Below are positions 14,441 to 27,606 of a stretch of 64,000 nucleotides of DNA, one piece after another (position 1 is the first letter of the stretch; every line of letters begins with the position of its first letter). The notes below the pieces were generated by a model. It was given only the letters and a program-made list of their open reading frames with translations, did not search any database and had not been told where the DNA came from. Origin of the DNA: Cetorhinus maximus (taxonomy: Eukaryota); NCBI RefSeq assembly GCF_964194155.1, contig NC_135890.1, forward strand, positions 33,976,001 to 34,040,000. Direction: 5' to 3'. The translations under genes and the position numbers were made by a program.

Positions 14441-15864
14441 GAATTTATTATATGTGAAGTGGTCTCAAATATTTCTGAGATGATTCAGAAGGACAAGTTA
14501 CCAAAACATCATAGGCCAGATCGTTTGGGTTTACAAGCTTCATCTGGCATTGTAATCCATAACGCCTGACTGGCTTAGTTATCTCTGCCCAGGGCATCAA
14601 ACTAACCCGAGAACCCTTGAGATGTGCTGTGCACGACACTAACTTGACAACACATACTCCTCTTTCCTATCTATGTGCTATCCATTGTAAATTATCTGGA
14701 AATTAGTGACGACACATAATATGAACTTGATGCCACCTCCACCGACCCAAAGGTTGTTACCACTGTCTGAAATTGCCTGACCAATATTAGCGACTAGGAT
14801 GAATCAGCATGTCTTCCCTCACTACATTAGCAAAATGAGGATCATCCCTTTCAGCTCCAGTCAGCATCTCAGTACCTCAGGCCTGAATTTCAACAACCTC
14901 CCTGACTCCTATTTCAAGCTCAACAAAGTGATGCAGAACCTCAGCATCTTGCTCAATCCCAAGCTCAGCTTTTCCCCAATACATATACTCTATTGCTAAA
15001 ACAAAAGAAAGCTGCTTTCTCTGCTAAAAACCTAGTCCATGTATTCAACTCAAGGCTCGAATGCTCTAATAACCTGTTACCCTGGCTCCAGCAACCTCCT
15101 TCAGCCACATCAAGTCCTGCAAACCCACTCTCTCCTAACTCCATTGGCTCCATGCCCCAGCATGTCAATTTTATAAATACACATTCTTGTTTGCCCAATC
15201 TCTTGATGGCCCTAATCATGCCATCTTTTGAACTTAACTGTTTACATGTTCTCTCAGCTCCTCCAGCATCCGACTTTTCACATCTCTTGTTCCCTGCGCT
15301 CCAGTCTTTCAACTACTACACTCCAGGCTTCTTGCACTTTCTACCCAGTTCCTTGCACATCCCTTGCTGTCAAAAACCTATGACTCTATCTTCGGTTCCC
15401 CATTCATTTTATTCCTTCCCTTTCTCCATGCTTGATATTTATGTATATCCCTTATTGTAAAGCAGACATCTTCCTGCATATGTGAAACACTATATAAATG
15501 CAAGTTGCTGTTATCGAAATCGCCATTCCTATTAAATTCACCAAGTGTATATGAATTGTCAGATTGGCAGCAAATAGTGAGTAGATTGCACTTATTTTAG
15601 AACAAGTGAGGATGCATTATGAAATAAGTGGTTAAGTTGCTTAAGCATTTCAGTGCATTTAATTTTTAGTTCATTACACTGGTCTTTCCAGAAACAGCCA
15701 AAACCTGGATATTCACGTTTTACAGGAATGGGGAGAGTTCTTGGAGTCATTCATATAACAGATTAATGATTTTAGGAACAGAAATTCAATCAAGCTATTG
15801 TATAATAGAACACCAATCTCATAATAACATATCGCCCTTCTGATCTTGCTTAATCTCTTTTATA

Positions 15865-16245
15865 GGGAAGTCAGTGGCATAGTAGTGATGTCACTGGGCT
15901 AGTAACCCAGGGGCCCAGTCACTGGTTCAAATCCCCCCACAACAGTCGGAGGAATTTAAATTCAATTAGTAAAGTCTGGAATTGAAGTCTCAGTAATGGT
16001 GACCATGAAATTAACATTGATTGTTATAAAAACCCACCTGGTTCACTAATGTCCTTTAGGGAAGGAAATCTGCCATCCCTACCTGGTCTGGCCTACATGT
16101 GACTCCAGACCCATAGCAATGTGGTTGACTCTTAACTGCCCTCTGAAATGGCTTTGCAAGCCACCCAGTTCAAAGGCAATTAGGGATGGGCAACAAATGC
16201 TGGCCTTGCCAGCGACACTCACATCCCATGAAAGAACAAAGAGAA
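15865..16245 (+). mobile_element. HE1-type tRNA-derived SINE
   Basis: A-box tggcatagtagt, B-box ggttcaaatcc, central ctggttcactaatgtcctttagggaaggaaa, and a 3' tail shared with the HER1-type LINE. Confidence 0.85.
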
Positions 16246-16767
16246 AAGAAATTCACTTCATCTGAGGCTGTGTACCTCTATTATTGAATGTACACAATGG
16301 CAATAACTATTTTGTAGCAGTTCATATTCCTGTAGATGATATTTATGTTCCAGGTAGGAGCTGCTTTGTATTGAATATTATTAATATTAGAATAGATAGC
16401 AATGTCATCTTGGACAGATTAGGAAAGCTAAGGTTGATGGGTTCCAGAACTGGATAATACACATCCAAAGGTCATTACAGAAATGGGACAGGTGCTCTGT
16501 GAACTCCTTGCCCAAATCTTAATACTCAGTAGGCAAAGGGATAATTTGTTTAGATAGAGAGCTCATTTGTGTAGTTCTAATTTTCAAAAACAAAAAATAG
16601 TCAAAATGAGAGTTAGGGAACTACCAGTCTATCAGCTTGACATCCACTATAGGAAGATACTTGATGGACCACCTGATCTTTTCCTACCCCTTAATTTCAT
16701 ATGTTTGTGTTTAAAATGCAAGGTCACCGCCAGGGCACGACTCATTAAAATCTACGGACATACATAC

Positions 16768-16850
16768 CTGAATTCATATTTTGACAAATATCTTTCTTCC
16801 CAATCGGTATTTCCACCACCAAAATTCTTTCTGGAAGTATCTTCTACACC
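16768..16850 (-). CDS. CRELD2: CRELD2 coding exon 2
   Basis: aattag|...|gtatgt, 83 nt; GVEDTSRKNFGGGNTDWEERYLSKYEF contains the CRELD signature KNFGGGNTxWEE. Confidence 0.96.
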
Positions 16851-17479
16851 CTAATTTTGAAAAATTATTTGATAATTTGTAAAAGCTTTTTTTTGTATTT
16901 AACCCAGTCGCAATAGACACATGCATTTAGCTGGAGACACGGATTAATACTGCATTTTAGTTTATCAATACACATTGGTGCACATCACTAATTACCCTAA
17001 GCAAGGCTTGGGCAGGAGAGTACGCACCTAGTGCTCACACCCCCAAAACAAAACACTCAGACAAATTCTCCAACAACTCTCAAAATTAAGTATACAATCA
17101 ATTGTCCTCAGTCATTAAACCCATAAAATAAAAGCTAGAAATGGGTTCATTTGTAATACATGTTCACTTGGAAGAGAGAGGGGGATCCCTAGATTTGTGT
17201 TCCTAAAGAAGTATGGATATAGGAAGTGCTCACCTCACATTTTTCAATTCCATATTTCAATAAGCTTTATCCAATGGAATCTATTCTTTTGCTTGAAAGG
17301 GATATTTTTCAAAATGAAGTATTTTTAAAACATTCAGGGACCTAATTCTAAAATGATGCTCTAGGCAGATTAGTTTGAGCTGTCTGCTGCTAGATATGGT
17401 CCAAAGATGCTGAAAGATTATATTCACCAAAGATGCCTCCTTTCCTGTCATATTATGACAAACCTGGCTAGTTAGTTAA

Positions 17480-18270
17480 CAGAAATGTAGGAAAATGTGA
17501 GGTTGTCCATTTTAGCAGGACAAATAAAAAAGGCAATTATCTAAATGGTGAGAGATTGCAGAGCTCTGAGATGCAGAGGGATCTGGGTGTCCTAGTGCAT
17601 GAATCACAAAAGGCTAGCATGTATGTGCAGCAAACAATTAGCAAAGCTAATAGAATGCTATTATTTATTGCAAGGGGAATTGAACACGAGAGTACAGAAG
17701 TTATGCTTCAGTTATGCAGGACATTGGTGAGACCACATCTGGAGTACTGTGTATAGTACTGGTCTCCTTATTTAAGGAAAGATGTAGTGCATTAGAAGCA
17801 ATTCACAGGTTTACTAGATTAATATCTGGAATGGGCAGGTTGTCTTATAAGGAAAGACTGGACAGGCTGGAGTTTAGAAGAGTAAGAGGAGTCTTGGTTG
17901 AAACATATAAGATCCTTGATAGGGTCTTGATAGGGTGAATGCGGAAAGGAAGTTTCCTCTTGTGGGAGAATCTAGAACTCAGAGTCACCGCTTCAAACTA
18001 AGGGGTTACCCATTTAGGAGAGAGATGAGGAAAAATGATTTTTCCCAGAGGGTTTTGAGATTTTGGAATTCTCTTCCTCAAAAGGTGGTTGAGATGGAGT
18101 CCTTGAATATCTTTAAGGAAGAGGTAGATAGACTTTTGATAAGCAAGTGGGTGAAAGGTTATCAGGGGTAGGCAGGAGTGTGAGGTTAAAATCAGATCAG
18201 CTATGTTCTTATTGAATGGCAGCGCAGACTCGAGGGGCCGAGTGGCCTACTTCTGCTCCTAATTCGTATG
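17480..18270 (+). mobile_element. CR1 LINE 3' fragment
   Basis: ORFs QRDLGVLVHES...RTLVRPHLEYCV and FSQRVLRFWNSLP. Confidence 0.88.
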
Positions 18271-20004
18271 TAAAAATGGAACAAATTTTAGAGACTGATT
18301 TTTCAAAGAAAAATCAGTATACACCCATCAGGTATATCAATGACTTTGACACATTTGCATGTTTTCCTCTCTCAATCATTCAACAGTCCTACTCGAGACA
18401 CAAGTTTGAAGTATCTAGAAAATTAATGAACTCCATAACTTGAGCACTTGTAAACAGTTAAAATCCCACAGATAACTAGTTAACTGTTTAATGCAATACT
18501 AAACCATTGGCCAACTGCCCAAAAAGCCATTAAGCACCCTGTGTTAAATTCAAATCTTGTATAAACACTGAAATTTAACTGAAGAAAACACATATGCATT
18601 TAAACCATACGTTACACAAATAGCTAATATTTGGAAAGAAGTTAAAGTGCTATTACTTCCTTGGTATTTCACCTGTTCAACAACTGTTTAAATATAATTC
18701 CACTGGTTGGACTCAAGTGGTGTAAAGCAGGCTAATTTTAGTTCCAAGAAACACTATCTGGATGTCCAGGACAAGCAGCCACCCATTAATGCTGAGCCTT
18801 AAACCATTCAAAAATTCTAAAACAAAAAGCACCACTCAAACACATTAGTTGAGTTTTGGTTTTTAGTGAGGTAAATTTGCACATACATACACACATGCAT
18901 CACAAAGAAAACTGTCAATGTAATCTTGCTGAATCGTCTGTGACTTAATTGTGAAAGAGACATTTATAATTCATTTTGGTGTTTATAACTAGTCTGCAAC
19001 ACTTGTGAAACTTTCATAACAGCGAGTTAGGAACATAGAATAAAAGAGCAGGCCATTCAGCTCCTTAAGTCTATGTCATTCAATCAGATCGCAGTTAATC
19101 TGTATTCTAACTCAATTTACTCAACTCGATTCCATATCGCTTAATTTACCTGCTTAACAAAAATCTATCAATTCAATTATTCTAGCCTCAACAGCATTTT
19201 TCTGATTTGGTTGTCAGCGTCACAGACTAATATCCGCATTCCACCAACATTTTTATGAATGTGACTAACAATGTAATTATGACCAGGTAATCTGTTTTTG
19301 TGATGTTGGTTGAGGGATAGACATTGGCCAGGGCACTGAGGATAACTCCCCTGCTCTTCTTTGAAATAGTGCCATGGGATCTTTTACATCCACCTGATCA
19401 GGCAGAGGGTCACTTTACAGCCTTCCGGACTGAATATTGAGTTCAATAATTTTAGATCATGAACTCTCTCCTCCATCCCCACCCCTTTCCGATTCTCCCT
19501 TTTTTCCAATAACTTATATAGATTTTTCTTTTCCCACCTACAACTGACTCTTTTTGAGAAAGAGTCCCACATTTACACTACCTCTCATTTGAAATGCTTC
19601 ATGACATAACCCTGAACAGTCTAGCTCTAAATTTTAAATTATGCTCCTTGACAAAGTATAGCTCCTGCCAATGTCCCATCAAACCTCGCAGTTCATCATT
19701 CTTGCAACATCTATGAATTTCTTAAATATAAGAATTTTCTGACACCAGTACGTTTTTACTTTGTTCTGTGCTTAAACTAGTTAATCTTACTTCTTTACAA
19801 TTCTGATATTCTGTAGTGGCCAAGGAAATGCACCAGATAATAATAGGCATCAAGATCTAACAACCTTAATGTCATATTAGTTAGGTCTAAAGTCATTGAT
19901 AGTAACTGTCTATCTGTAAGGACCACAGATCCACATTGTGGTCATTTAAACTGCTGTGAAATTAAAATAGGATATAAAGAACCAGCAACAAGATATACAC
20001 TTAC

Positions 20005-20133
20005 CTTTAAGAAATTGCTGGTTATTTTTTTGCAAGTAGGACACGATAGCTTGTCATACCCTGATGACGGGCGACACAACAGCAGCAATCCAAGTAACAG
20101 AAAACAATGAAGGCTTTTGCTGGACCAACCCAT
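20005..20133 (-). CDS. CRELD2: CRELD2 first coding exon (signal peptide + CxxC)
   Basis: ATG at 20133, donor aag|gtaagt, 129 nt; MGWSSKSLHCFLLLGLLLLCRPSSGYDKLSCPTCKKITSNFLK has a hydrophobic signal peptide and a CPTC motif. Head-to-head position with ALG12 favours CRELD2 over CRELD1. Confidence 0.92.
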
Positions 20134-20589
20134 TTTCTTACTATGTATATAATACAAATCTCAATAAGGCTAGGCTGAAAAGATAATAATAGGCATAAAA
20201 TTCTAATAGAATTAATGCCGGTAGAAGTGGTTAATTACAGCTACTGAATTCCGAAGTACAAACTCAAAGTATAAAACATGAATTCGGGGTTTAGTTTGCC
20301 CTGGGTTTCTGTGCCAGTGTGCAGAAGTGCTGGCAGGGAGTGTCAGAAAGTTGTAAGCAGGTAGCAATGCCTTCTTCTTACGACTGTATAGTCCCAAACT
20401 GTAGCAGGCAGCCACTGCAAAGTGATCAGGCTAAAGCTAACGGTGCCTCTTCACTGTGACTCGAAGAAAACCTTAGTTCAGTAGCTTGACCTGCTGCAAC
20501 CCACTGACTATATGTAGCTGTCCCTCCTAAGTGACTGGCCTCCTTTCCCCTTGGCTCCAGGTAACAATCTGAACTCGCTACATTCTCAT

Positions 20590-20760
20590 CCGCAGGTACC
20601 GGCGTTCCATCGCGCACACGATCCGGATGTTCCAAATCACACGTCCCGCCTTCCTACTGCACCACGATTGGTCCACGTCGCAGTCCATCACCCAACCCAC
20701 CAATTAGCTTTCGACACGCTGAGGGCCGTCGCGCACCCACGTGGAGCTCCTTTGGCAAGT
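20590..20760. promoter_or_regulatory. CRELD2/ALG12 bidirectional promoter core with ERSE-II and ERSE-like elements
   Basis: Local CpG-rich patch. ATTGG-T-CCACG at 20667-20677 is an exact ERSE-II. CCAAT-N9-ACACG at 20700-20718 is an ERSE with 1 mismatch. CCACGTGG lies at ~20737. Confidence 0.75.
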
Positions 20761-20789
20761 GATATGATGATTCAATGCAAGAATCTGTG

Positions 20790-21200
20790 CAGTTAGTAAT
20801 ACACAAATTGCAGGTTAACAGATTGAAGCATTAACCCAGATTCATGCATAAATACAGCAAACAGAAATTTATGCATAAATACAGATCTATGCATAATATA
20901 CAGGCAAACAAATTTATGCGTAAATAATTACACATTTACGTGTAATTACAAGTTTTAACCTGCAAGAAACTTTTGCATAAACATCTGTGCACAGTATGCA
21001 GGTAAACAGAAATTTATACATGAATACAGATTTATACATAATTATGTACAAAACGAAAATTTACGCACAGAACTATACATAATTACAGGCAAAACTGAAA
21101 TCCACGCATAAATACAAATCTCTGCATAATATAGAGGCAAACGGAAATGTATGCAGAAATACTGATCTATGTAATAATCAGGCAAGCACAATTGTGGCGC
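20790..21200. repeat. Degenerate AT-rich minisatellite (~47-50 bp unit)
   Basis: Recurrent unit resembling acaggcaaacagaaatttatgcataaatacagatctatgcataatat, several diverged copies. Confidence 0.7.
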
Positions 21201-21740
21201 ACGGATTGTGCAGAGGCCAAACAGATTGTCTTATGACTGATGCAGAAAAATTACAAAAGATACATAAAAGGAGCCCAAACTTATTATAATCAAGGAAATG
21301 TCGGGCTCAGTCGCAGCCAAAACGCACATTGTGGGCAGTAACATCCTGTGTAGGTCTCCTTTGAACTGGATGTTGTTTCCCGTCATCGAGATGGGGGAGG
21401 GGGTTCCTCTGCTGGATATTTACTTTATTTTCCTTTATTGCTTTGTGCAGCTTCCTGCTTGAACCTCATCTCCTTCTCAGGCTGTGATGTGGGATATCAA
21501 GACACTAAGTGGCTCTGCAATAAACACATAGACCAAATGCGATACAGTATTCCTTCTGAAATATCTGCTGACTGCAGACGGTTTCAGGCAGCCATTCCAA
21601 CTGTGTTCCGGTTATAGAGTGTACCTGGCGCTGGTGCTAATTTTGGGTTAGCATTGCTGTCCCAACACTTTAGCTTCCTCCGGTATACCGTGAGTGTGCT
21701 CCCTCGCTTCTCACCCTCCACTCTTTTATGTGGGTGCAAC

Positions 21741-21905
21741 ATGGCTGAGAGGAGCCGGCATGTGCAGAGCGAAATGTTGCTCCTAGTGCTTCTGGTTCTG
21801 CTCGCTTCCCTTCACCTCCTGACCTGTCCCTTCACTAAAGTGGAGGAAAGTTTTAACCTGCAAGCGGCGCATGACCTGCTGTACCACCGCCAACACCTGG
21901 ACAAG
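21741..21905 (+). CDS. ALG12: ALG12 (Dol-P-Man alpha-1,6-mannosyltransferase) coding exon 1
   Basis: aacATGG start; MAERSRH...[31 protein letters not shown]; donor aag|gtacag; 165 nt. Confidence 0.95.
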
Positions 21906-22002
21906 GTACAGCACCAGCTCCTGAATGCCTGCAACTTGTACACCAGCTCCTGTGGCTGCATTTCTGTTTCTTTTGCTTACTAGAGCTCTTTATTTCCCGC
22001 AG

Positions 22003-22135
22003 TACGATCATCACGAGTTTCCTGGTGTTGTGCCAAGGACCTTCGTCGGGCCACTTTTTCTTTCATTGCTCGCTGCACCAGCAGCTTCCATCCTTTCAGC
22101 TCTAGACGTCTCCAAGTTTTACTCGCAGCTTCTAG
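22003..22135 (+). CDS. ALG12: ALG12 coding exon 2
   Basis: cgcag|...|gtaggt, 133 nt; [17 protein letters not shown] signature. Confidence 0.96.
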
Positions 22136-22609
22136 GTAGGTCAGACAAATTTTAAGTTAAATTTCACTGCAGTTGACTTCGAAGCGGAGAGAAATCGTGG
22201 GTATGATCGAAGGATTTTTTTTTTAAAGCTGCATTTAATATTTTTTGCATAAAACGTGACAAGAAATAGTTTAATTACATCGTTTTATATATGCTGTATG
22301 ACATATAGCCTCTACTTTTACTACAACTGAGAATATGTACTGTATTTCTTTAGATGACCTGTTATAATAGTGTTCACTAGTGTTTCCACTGTGTCGTGAA
22401 CAGTATGAGACCTACTGAAGTAGGCAGCCTCACTCCAATTTGACTGACATTAGTAAAACTAATGCTGTGTTAATCCTGCTGTTTGTATTGATATATCTGA
22501 AATCTCCCTGCATCCTCTGCTTTTGCCTCAATGAAAATAGTCTTAATAGTTGATCCAGTTTATTATTAAAATATATGAATTATTATAGTAAATGAACATC
22601 TTGTCAATA

Positions 22610-22755
22610 AATAAAAACAAAAAAATTAATTGAAAAACTCAGCAGGTCTGACAGCATCTGTGGAGACAGAAACAGAGTTAACAACCTGCTGAATTTTTCC
22701 AGCATTTTTTGTTTTTATTTTAGATTTCCAGCATCCACAGTATTTTGCTTTTATC
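22610..22755. repeat. Penelope-like terminal-repeat remnant in inverted arrangement; related copies at ~40750-40925 and ~62690-62880
   Basis: aaatgctggaaa..ctcagcaggtctggcagcat.tgtggagagagaaac..gttaac motif and its reverse complement. Confidence 0.55.
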
Positions 22756-24149
22756 TTGTCAAATCCTTCTAATCTATTTCTAAATAGAAATGATTCCTAA
22801 TTATTATTGGTTCAGCTCATAGCATGGCTTTCATGGCCCGATTCTGGTTGTGACCCAACAAAACCTTTAATACTGGCACATTCACGCAGAGTAGTACATT
22901 GCAGTGTGCTGGCTCTGTCAGTATGATTAATGCTCGTTTTGGACCGAAGCTTTGAGCTCTTGTTAGGACCAGACATTCTGTTTTCAGGAATCAACTAGAT
23001 GTTAAGATGGGGATGATACGTGAAATATTCTAGTTTTACAAAGGCTACAATCGATAAACAAAATATATTGGAATATGTCTTGTTTGGCTTCACTTCAGTC
23101 CTTTGTAATTGAATAACCAAACAAATCACAGCACTCATGTGCACTGTTTTAAAATCTGTTGTATCAGTGAAAAGGTTCGTGACTTCCTTATCTGGAAGCG
23201 GATACACCATTGAGTCAAAATTAAATCTTCTCTCCCATCAATCTACTGTTGTCTTTGCTTGCAATGGGTTGGTTTTGACATCCAGATTGTTCTTTCTGTG
23301 ACACAATCATTAGTTATTCCTAGTCTCTGTCTTCTGTTTATCTGATTCATTTATTTATACATTTATTCCATATTTCTTGTACCAAATATTATGGAATTGG
23401 CTGATCAGTACTGCATTAGTCTGTTCTTTAAAGTCACAGCAATCAAGGGGTTAAAACACTCCTTCCCAAAAATAGATCCTGTTGCTGTCAGCTGAAGTGC
23501 ATCTTTTAGATGAGACATTAAAACTGCTCTCTTGGGTGACATAAAAGTCTTATTTCAAAGAAGAGTAATAGAGTAACCCCTGGTGCCCTGGCCATATTTA
23601 TCCTTCAATCAACATCACTGAAGCAGATTAAGTGGTCATTTTCATATTTGTGGGAGCTTACTGTGCACAAATTGGCTATCACATTTCCTACATTTGAAAC
23701 ACTTAAAAAGTACTTCATTGGTTCTAAAGTGCCTGTGTTCATGAAGATGTTATATAAATGCAAGCATTTCTTTCTTCCTTAATCACTGTCTTTCAGCCTC
23801 TCTGACACTGATAAATAACTGTTAAAAGGGATCACATTCTTTCATTCCTTTAATTGTTGTCAGAATTTTTTTTAAAATACATTGTCAATTTAGTTTTTAC
23901 TACTTTTTCTCTCTCTCTTACTCAAATCCCTCTTTTTTTCTCTCTACCTTATTTGACATGGAATTCAACTGCTCTAATTTACACTTCCTTCTTAGCCATT
24001 TTGCCATTAATTTAACAATCCTTCAATCTGGTTAAGGAGATGCACAGTTGTTTTCCTTGTTCACTCAGGTCCCAGATGCCCTATTTCCCTCAATGCAACA
24101 TTATCAACTTATATTTTCAACAACTCGCCATGTGAGAAACCTTAAAACA

Positions 24150-24620
24150 TACAAGCATACAAATTAGGAGCAGCAGTAGGCTATTCAGCTCCTCATTCAA
24201 CAAGACCATGGCTGATCTGATTGTGGCTTCAACTCCACAACCAGCCTACTCTGATAACCTCGACTCCCTTGTTGTGAATCCATCTACCTCTGCCTTAAAA
24301 ATGTTCGTTGACCCTGCCTCTACGCTCTCTGGGGAAGAGAGTTCCAAACATTTACGACCCTCTGAGAGAAAAAATTTCTTCTCATCGCTGTCTTAAATGG
24401 TAGATGGTAGACCCCTATTTTTAATATGTCCCCGAGTTCTAGTCTCTCCCACAAGGGGAAACGTGCTTTCAGCATCAACCCTGTCAAGTCCCCTCAGAAT
24501 CTTATATGTTTCAATAAGATCACCTCGCAATCTTCTAAACTCTAATGGATACAGGCCTAGCCTGTTCAACCTTTCCTTGAAAGATAACCCCTGTCCCCGT
24601 CCCCAGTATCAGTCCAGAGA
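24150..24620 (-). mobile_element. CR1 LINE 3' fragment
   Basis: Reverse complement of the CR1 end (taggagcag.agtagg, aataagatcacctc). Confidence 0.7.
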
Positions 24621-24946
24621 AACTTCTGAATACACAAACCTAAATACACAAAGATAATTGAATAATAGCAGACTCGTTAGATACCCTGCCACAGCAAATT
24701 ATGGCCCATGATCTCCCATCAAATAACATATAACTGGTACCAGAGAATAGAAGGTGCAAAAGTTGTTACAATTTCTGGTTAACGCGTGCTTCCAGTTGGT
24801 AAACTGTATGTAACCGGACTATGTAAAAAGTGCTCATTTTATTTAGATCTTTTAGTTTCCTAAATCTGCCAGAAATGACGTATGTATGATTCGGATAGGG
24901 GAAAGAAGTAGGATAATCTCCCCCCTTTTTACACCTCTCGGCTGAC

Positions 24947-25951
24947 TGCAATAATGTGTATTTTTGAGAAAGAGTGTTTTAACCCCTCGATTGCTATGAC
25001 TTTAAAAAACAGACACAAAACATGCTGCCTTCTAAGTTTAAATCAAAGGAAAAGAGTAAATGTTTATTTCTCATAACACCCGAAATGTAATTGCAACAAA
25101 CACTCACTCCTGACACATACAGAATACACCACACACACAAGAAAAGATGATTTCTTAAAATGGAACATACACTTAAACTACTTAAAGGGTAAAAGAATCA
25201 GGTCACTTCTTTAAACAGTTCTTAAGATGGTGGTTGAAACATTGCAGGCCTGAATGATTCTCTCTTGGTTCACTGGAGACAAAGGAGGTTGAAGGTTTCT
25301 GGCTTTTTCAGATGAAATTGTGCCAAGCTCCTGTAGTAACAATTTATAATCCTGTAGGTAAAACAAATTAGCCCCACTTCACTGCCTGAGATGACATTCT
25401 TTTCGAAGCACAGTCCAATCTGTTGCTGGGTGAGAGAAGGTTTCCCTCTGGACTTTGTATCCCAGCCTGACCCACTGGGCTGCACTTGTGGATTAATAAC
25501 ATAATGGCTATATCCAGCCCGTTTCAGTCATGTGACAACAGCATTGCTGTATTTCATTGACCACACAATGGGTTGATGGCAGATCTAATTGACACACAAT
25601 GGAGAATGAATGATATCCCATCAACATTCCAGCCATGAGTAGCCTCCCAAATGCCTTTATTTGAAACCCCATCTTCATGGGGCCAGCAACTCTAATAACT
25701 GTTGTTACTTTTACTCTTCAATTGAAATGGAGTGGGCAGTCATCAACACATGGGAAAGCCATTTACATTTAATGGCTTTCCAGAGACATGTCCATACATG
25801 AAGTTAGTTCCTGTCTGTATAGAAACCACCAAAGAAGTCACCTGACCCTTCTGGAGTACACCCTATCAAGGTACAGTGCCCATATTCCATACTGCTATTT
25901 GAAAGTAAAGTGTCCATCTTCCAATAAGGTTCACGGGCATATGATATAACT
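24947..25951 (-). mobile_element. Probable solo LTR (~1 kb)
   Basis: TG start; imperfect end (taact); flanks ctgac/gtgac (4/5 match); minus-strand AATAAA. Confidence 0.4.
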
Positions 25952-26012
25952 GTGACGCCTATTAATGAAAAAATATTTAATTGTATTCAGCTTCCTCTGT
26001 ATTTTTTAACAG

Positions 26013-26186
26013 TTCGAGGATGCCTGGGTCTGTGTGTGATTTATGCACTGTGGAAACTTCAGAAAGAAGTTAGGAAGCAATTTGGCTCAACAGTAGCTTC
26101 TTTTTACTGTTGGATCTCAGCAACCCAGTTTCATCTTCTCTTTTATTGCTCAAGAACTCTCCCAAATATATTTGCATTTCCTATTG
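26013..26186 (+). CDS. ALG12: ALG12 coding exon 3
   Basis: aacag|...|gtgagt, 174 nt; VRGCLGL...[19 protein letters not shown]. Confidence 0.96.
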
Positions 26187-27204
26187 GTGAGTGCAGCGTT
26201 GCAATTCCTTTTAGTTTATTCTTTGGCGGAAATGGGGTCTATTGTAAACTGGTTTGCCACTGCAATAAATTTGGAAATATATGAACTGTATTTCATATTT
26301 ATAATGGATCCTATAAAGTCCAGGAGATAACATGAATTCCGAAATATGCATGTATATATTTGTATTTAACAGTAAGCTGTTTATAATATATTTATTAACA
26401 ATCTCTTTAAATGCCGTGAAACAATAGTGATGGAAATACATTTATGTTGTGCCATTCATGAATCACAATGAAATTGTAGAATGTATGAAGTATTTTCTAT
26501 CAGCTCAAATCTTCTTGCTGAAACCTTACTAGAAGTGTGGAGGTAAGGGGGCATGAGGTGATACTGGATGCTCATCATGGAGCAGAGTCCATCTTTGGTC
26601 CACACTCTGATACAGTATCACCTGAACTTAGATGTTTAATTAAAAATAAACATGTTTAAAAGACTGAAAATCAATGTATTATAGAAAAGAAATAGCATGC
26701 ATTTATATAGTACCTTTCACAACCTCAGGACTTCCCAAAGCACTTCATAGACAATTAAGTACTTTTGAAGTGTAGTAACTGGGAGAACTTCTTTGAATTG
26801 AGTCATTGGATCTTTTATGTCCATGAGCAAGCAAACAGGGCCTTGGCTTAATGTCTCATCTAAAAGTCAAAACTTCCCACAGCACAGAACTTCCTCAGAA
26901 CTGCACCTAAGTGTCGGCCTAGATTATACACACAACTGCTAGAATGGGGCACGAATCTTCTAACACAGTTAAGTGCTACTAGTGAGCTGTGACTGACTAC
27001 TGAAGGTAGTGACTGAAATATATAGTACATATGATAATGGAACTGTGCTGGACTAAATTAAAATTTGAAATTGTTCTGAAGGATTAAATATTCACCTACA
27101 AACATCTTACTTCCAGAGAAGGTTTTCTATACAAACATTTCTAGAGGCACATAGTCTTTAAGGGCACATTAATTTGAAAAATGTCTATTTTATCTATGTT
27201 GCAG

Positions 27205-27399
27205 TTATCATGGCGTTTACTGCCTGGATGCAACGGAACCATGGCACATTTATCTGGCTTTCTGCTTTATCTATCATTGTGTTCCGATCCGAGCTTTGCA
27301 TATTCCTGGGCCTCATGCTGCTGCTATCATTAGTGAACTATCGTATTTCTATTTTCAAAAGTCTGTGCCATGCAGTGCCAGCTGGATTGGTGTGGTTGG
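27205..27399 (+). CDS. ALG12: ALG12 coding exon 4
   Basis: tgcag|...|gtaagt, 195 nt; [21 protein letters not shown]. Confidence 0.95.
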
Positions 27400-27502
27400 G
27401 TAAGTAATTTACTATTTGTTCTTTGACAAGGACTTGAATTTAAAGACTTGTCCATACTACCAAATAAACACATTGAGTAACATCTGATGTGTTTCATTTC
27501 AG

Positions 27503-27606
27503 GTCTAACTGTGTGTGTGGATTCTATATTTTGGCGACGCACCCTATGGCCTGAGGGAGAAGTACTTTGGTACAACACAATCTTGAACAAGAGCTCCAAA
27601 TGGGGA
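27503..27606 (+). CDS. ALG12: ALG12 coding exon 5 (followed by a U12-type intron)
   Basis: ttcag| [35 protein letters not shown], 104 nt; followed by CTATCCTTT. Confidence 0.92.

Noticed and set aside
15870-15945. tRNA gene
   Set aside because: A/B boxes belong to an HE1-type SINE head; no complete cloverleaf.
20790-21200. CRISPR-like array
   Set aside because: Eukaryotic context, degenerate tandem units without unique spacers, no cas genes.
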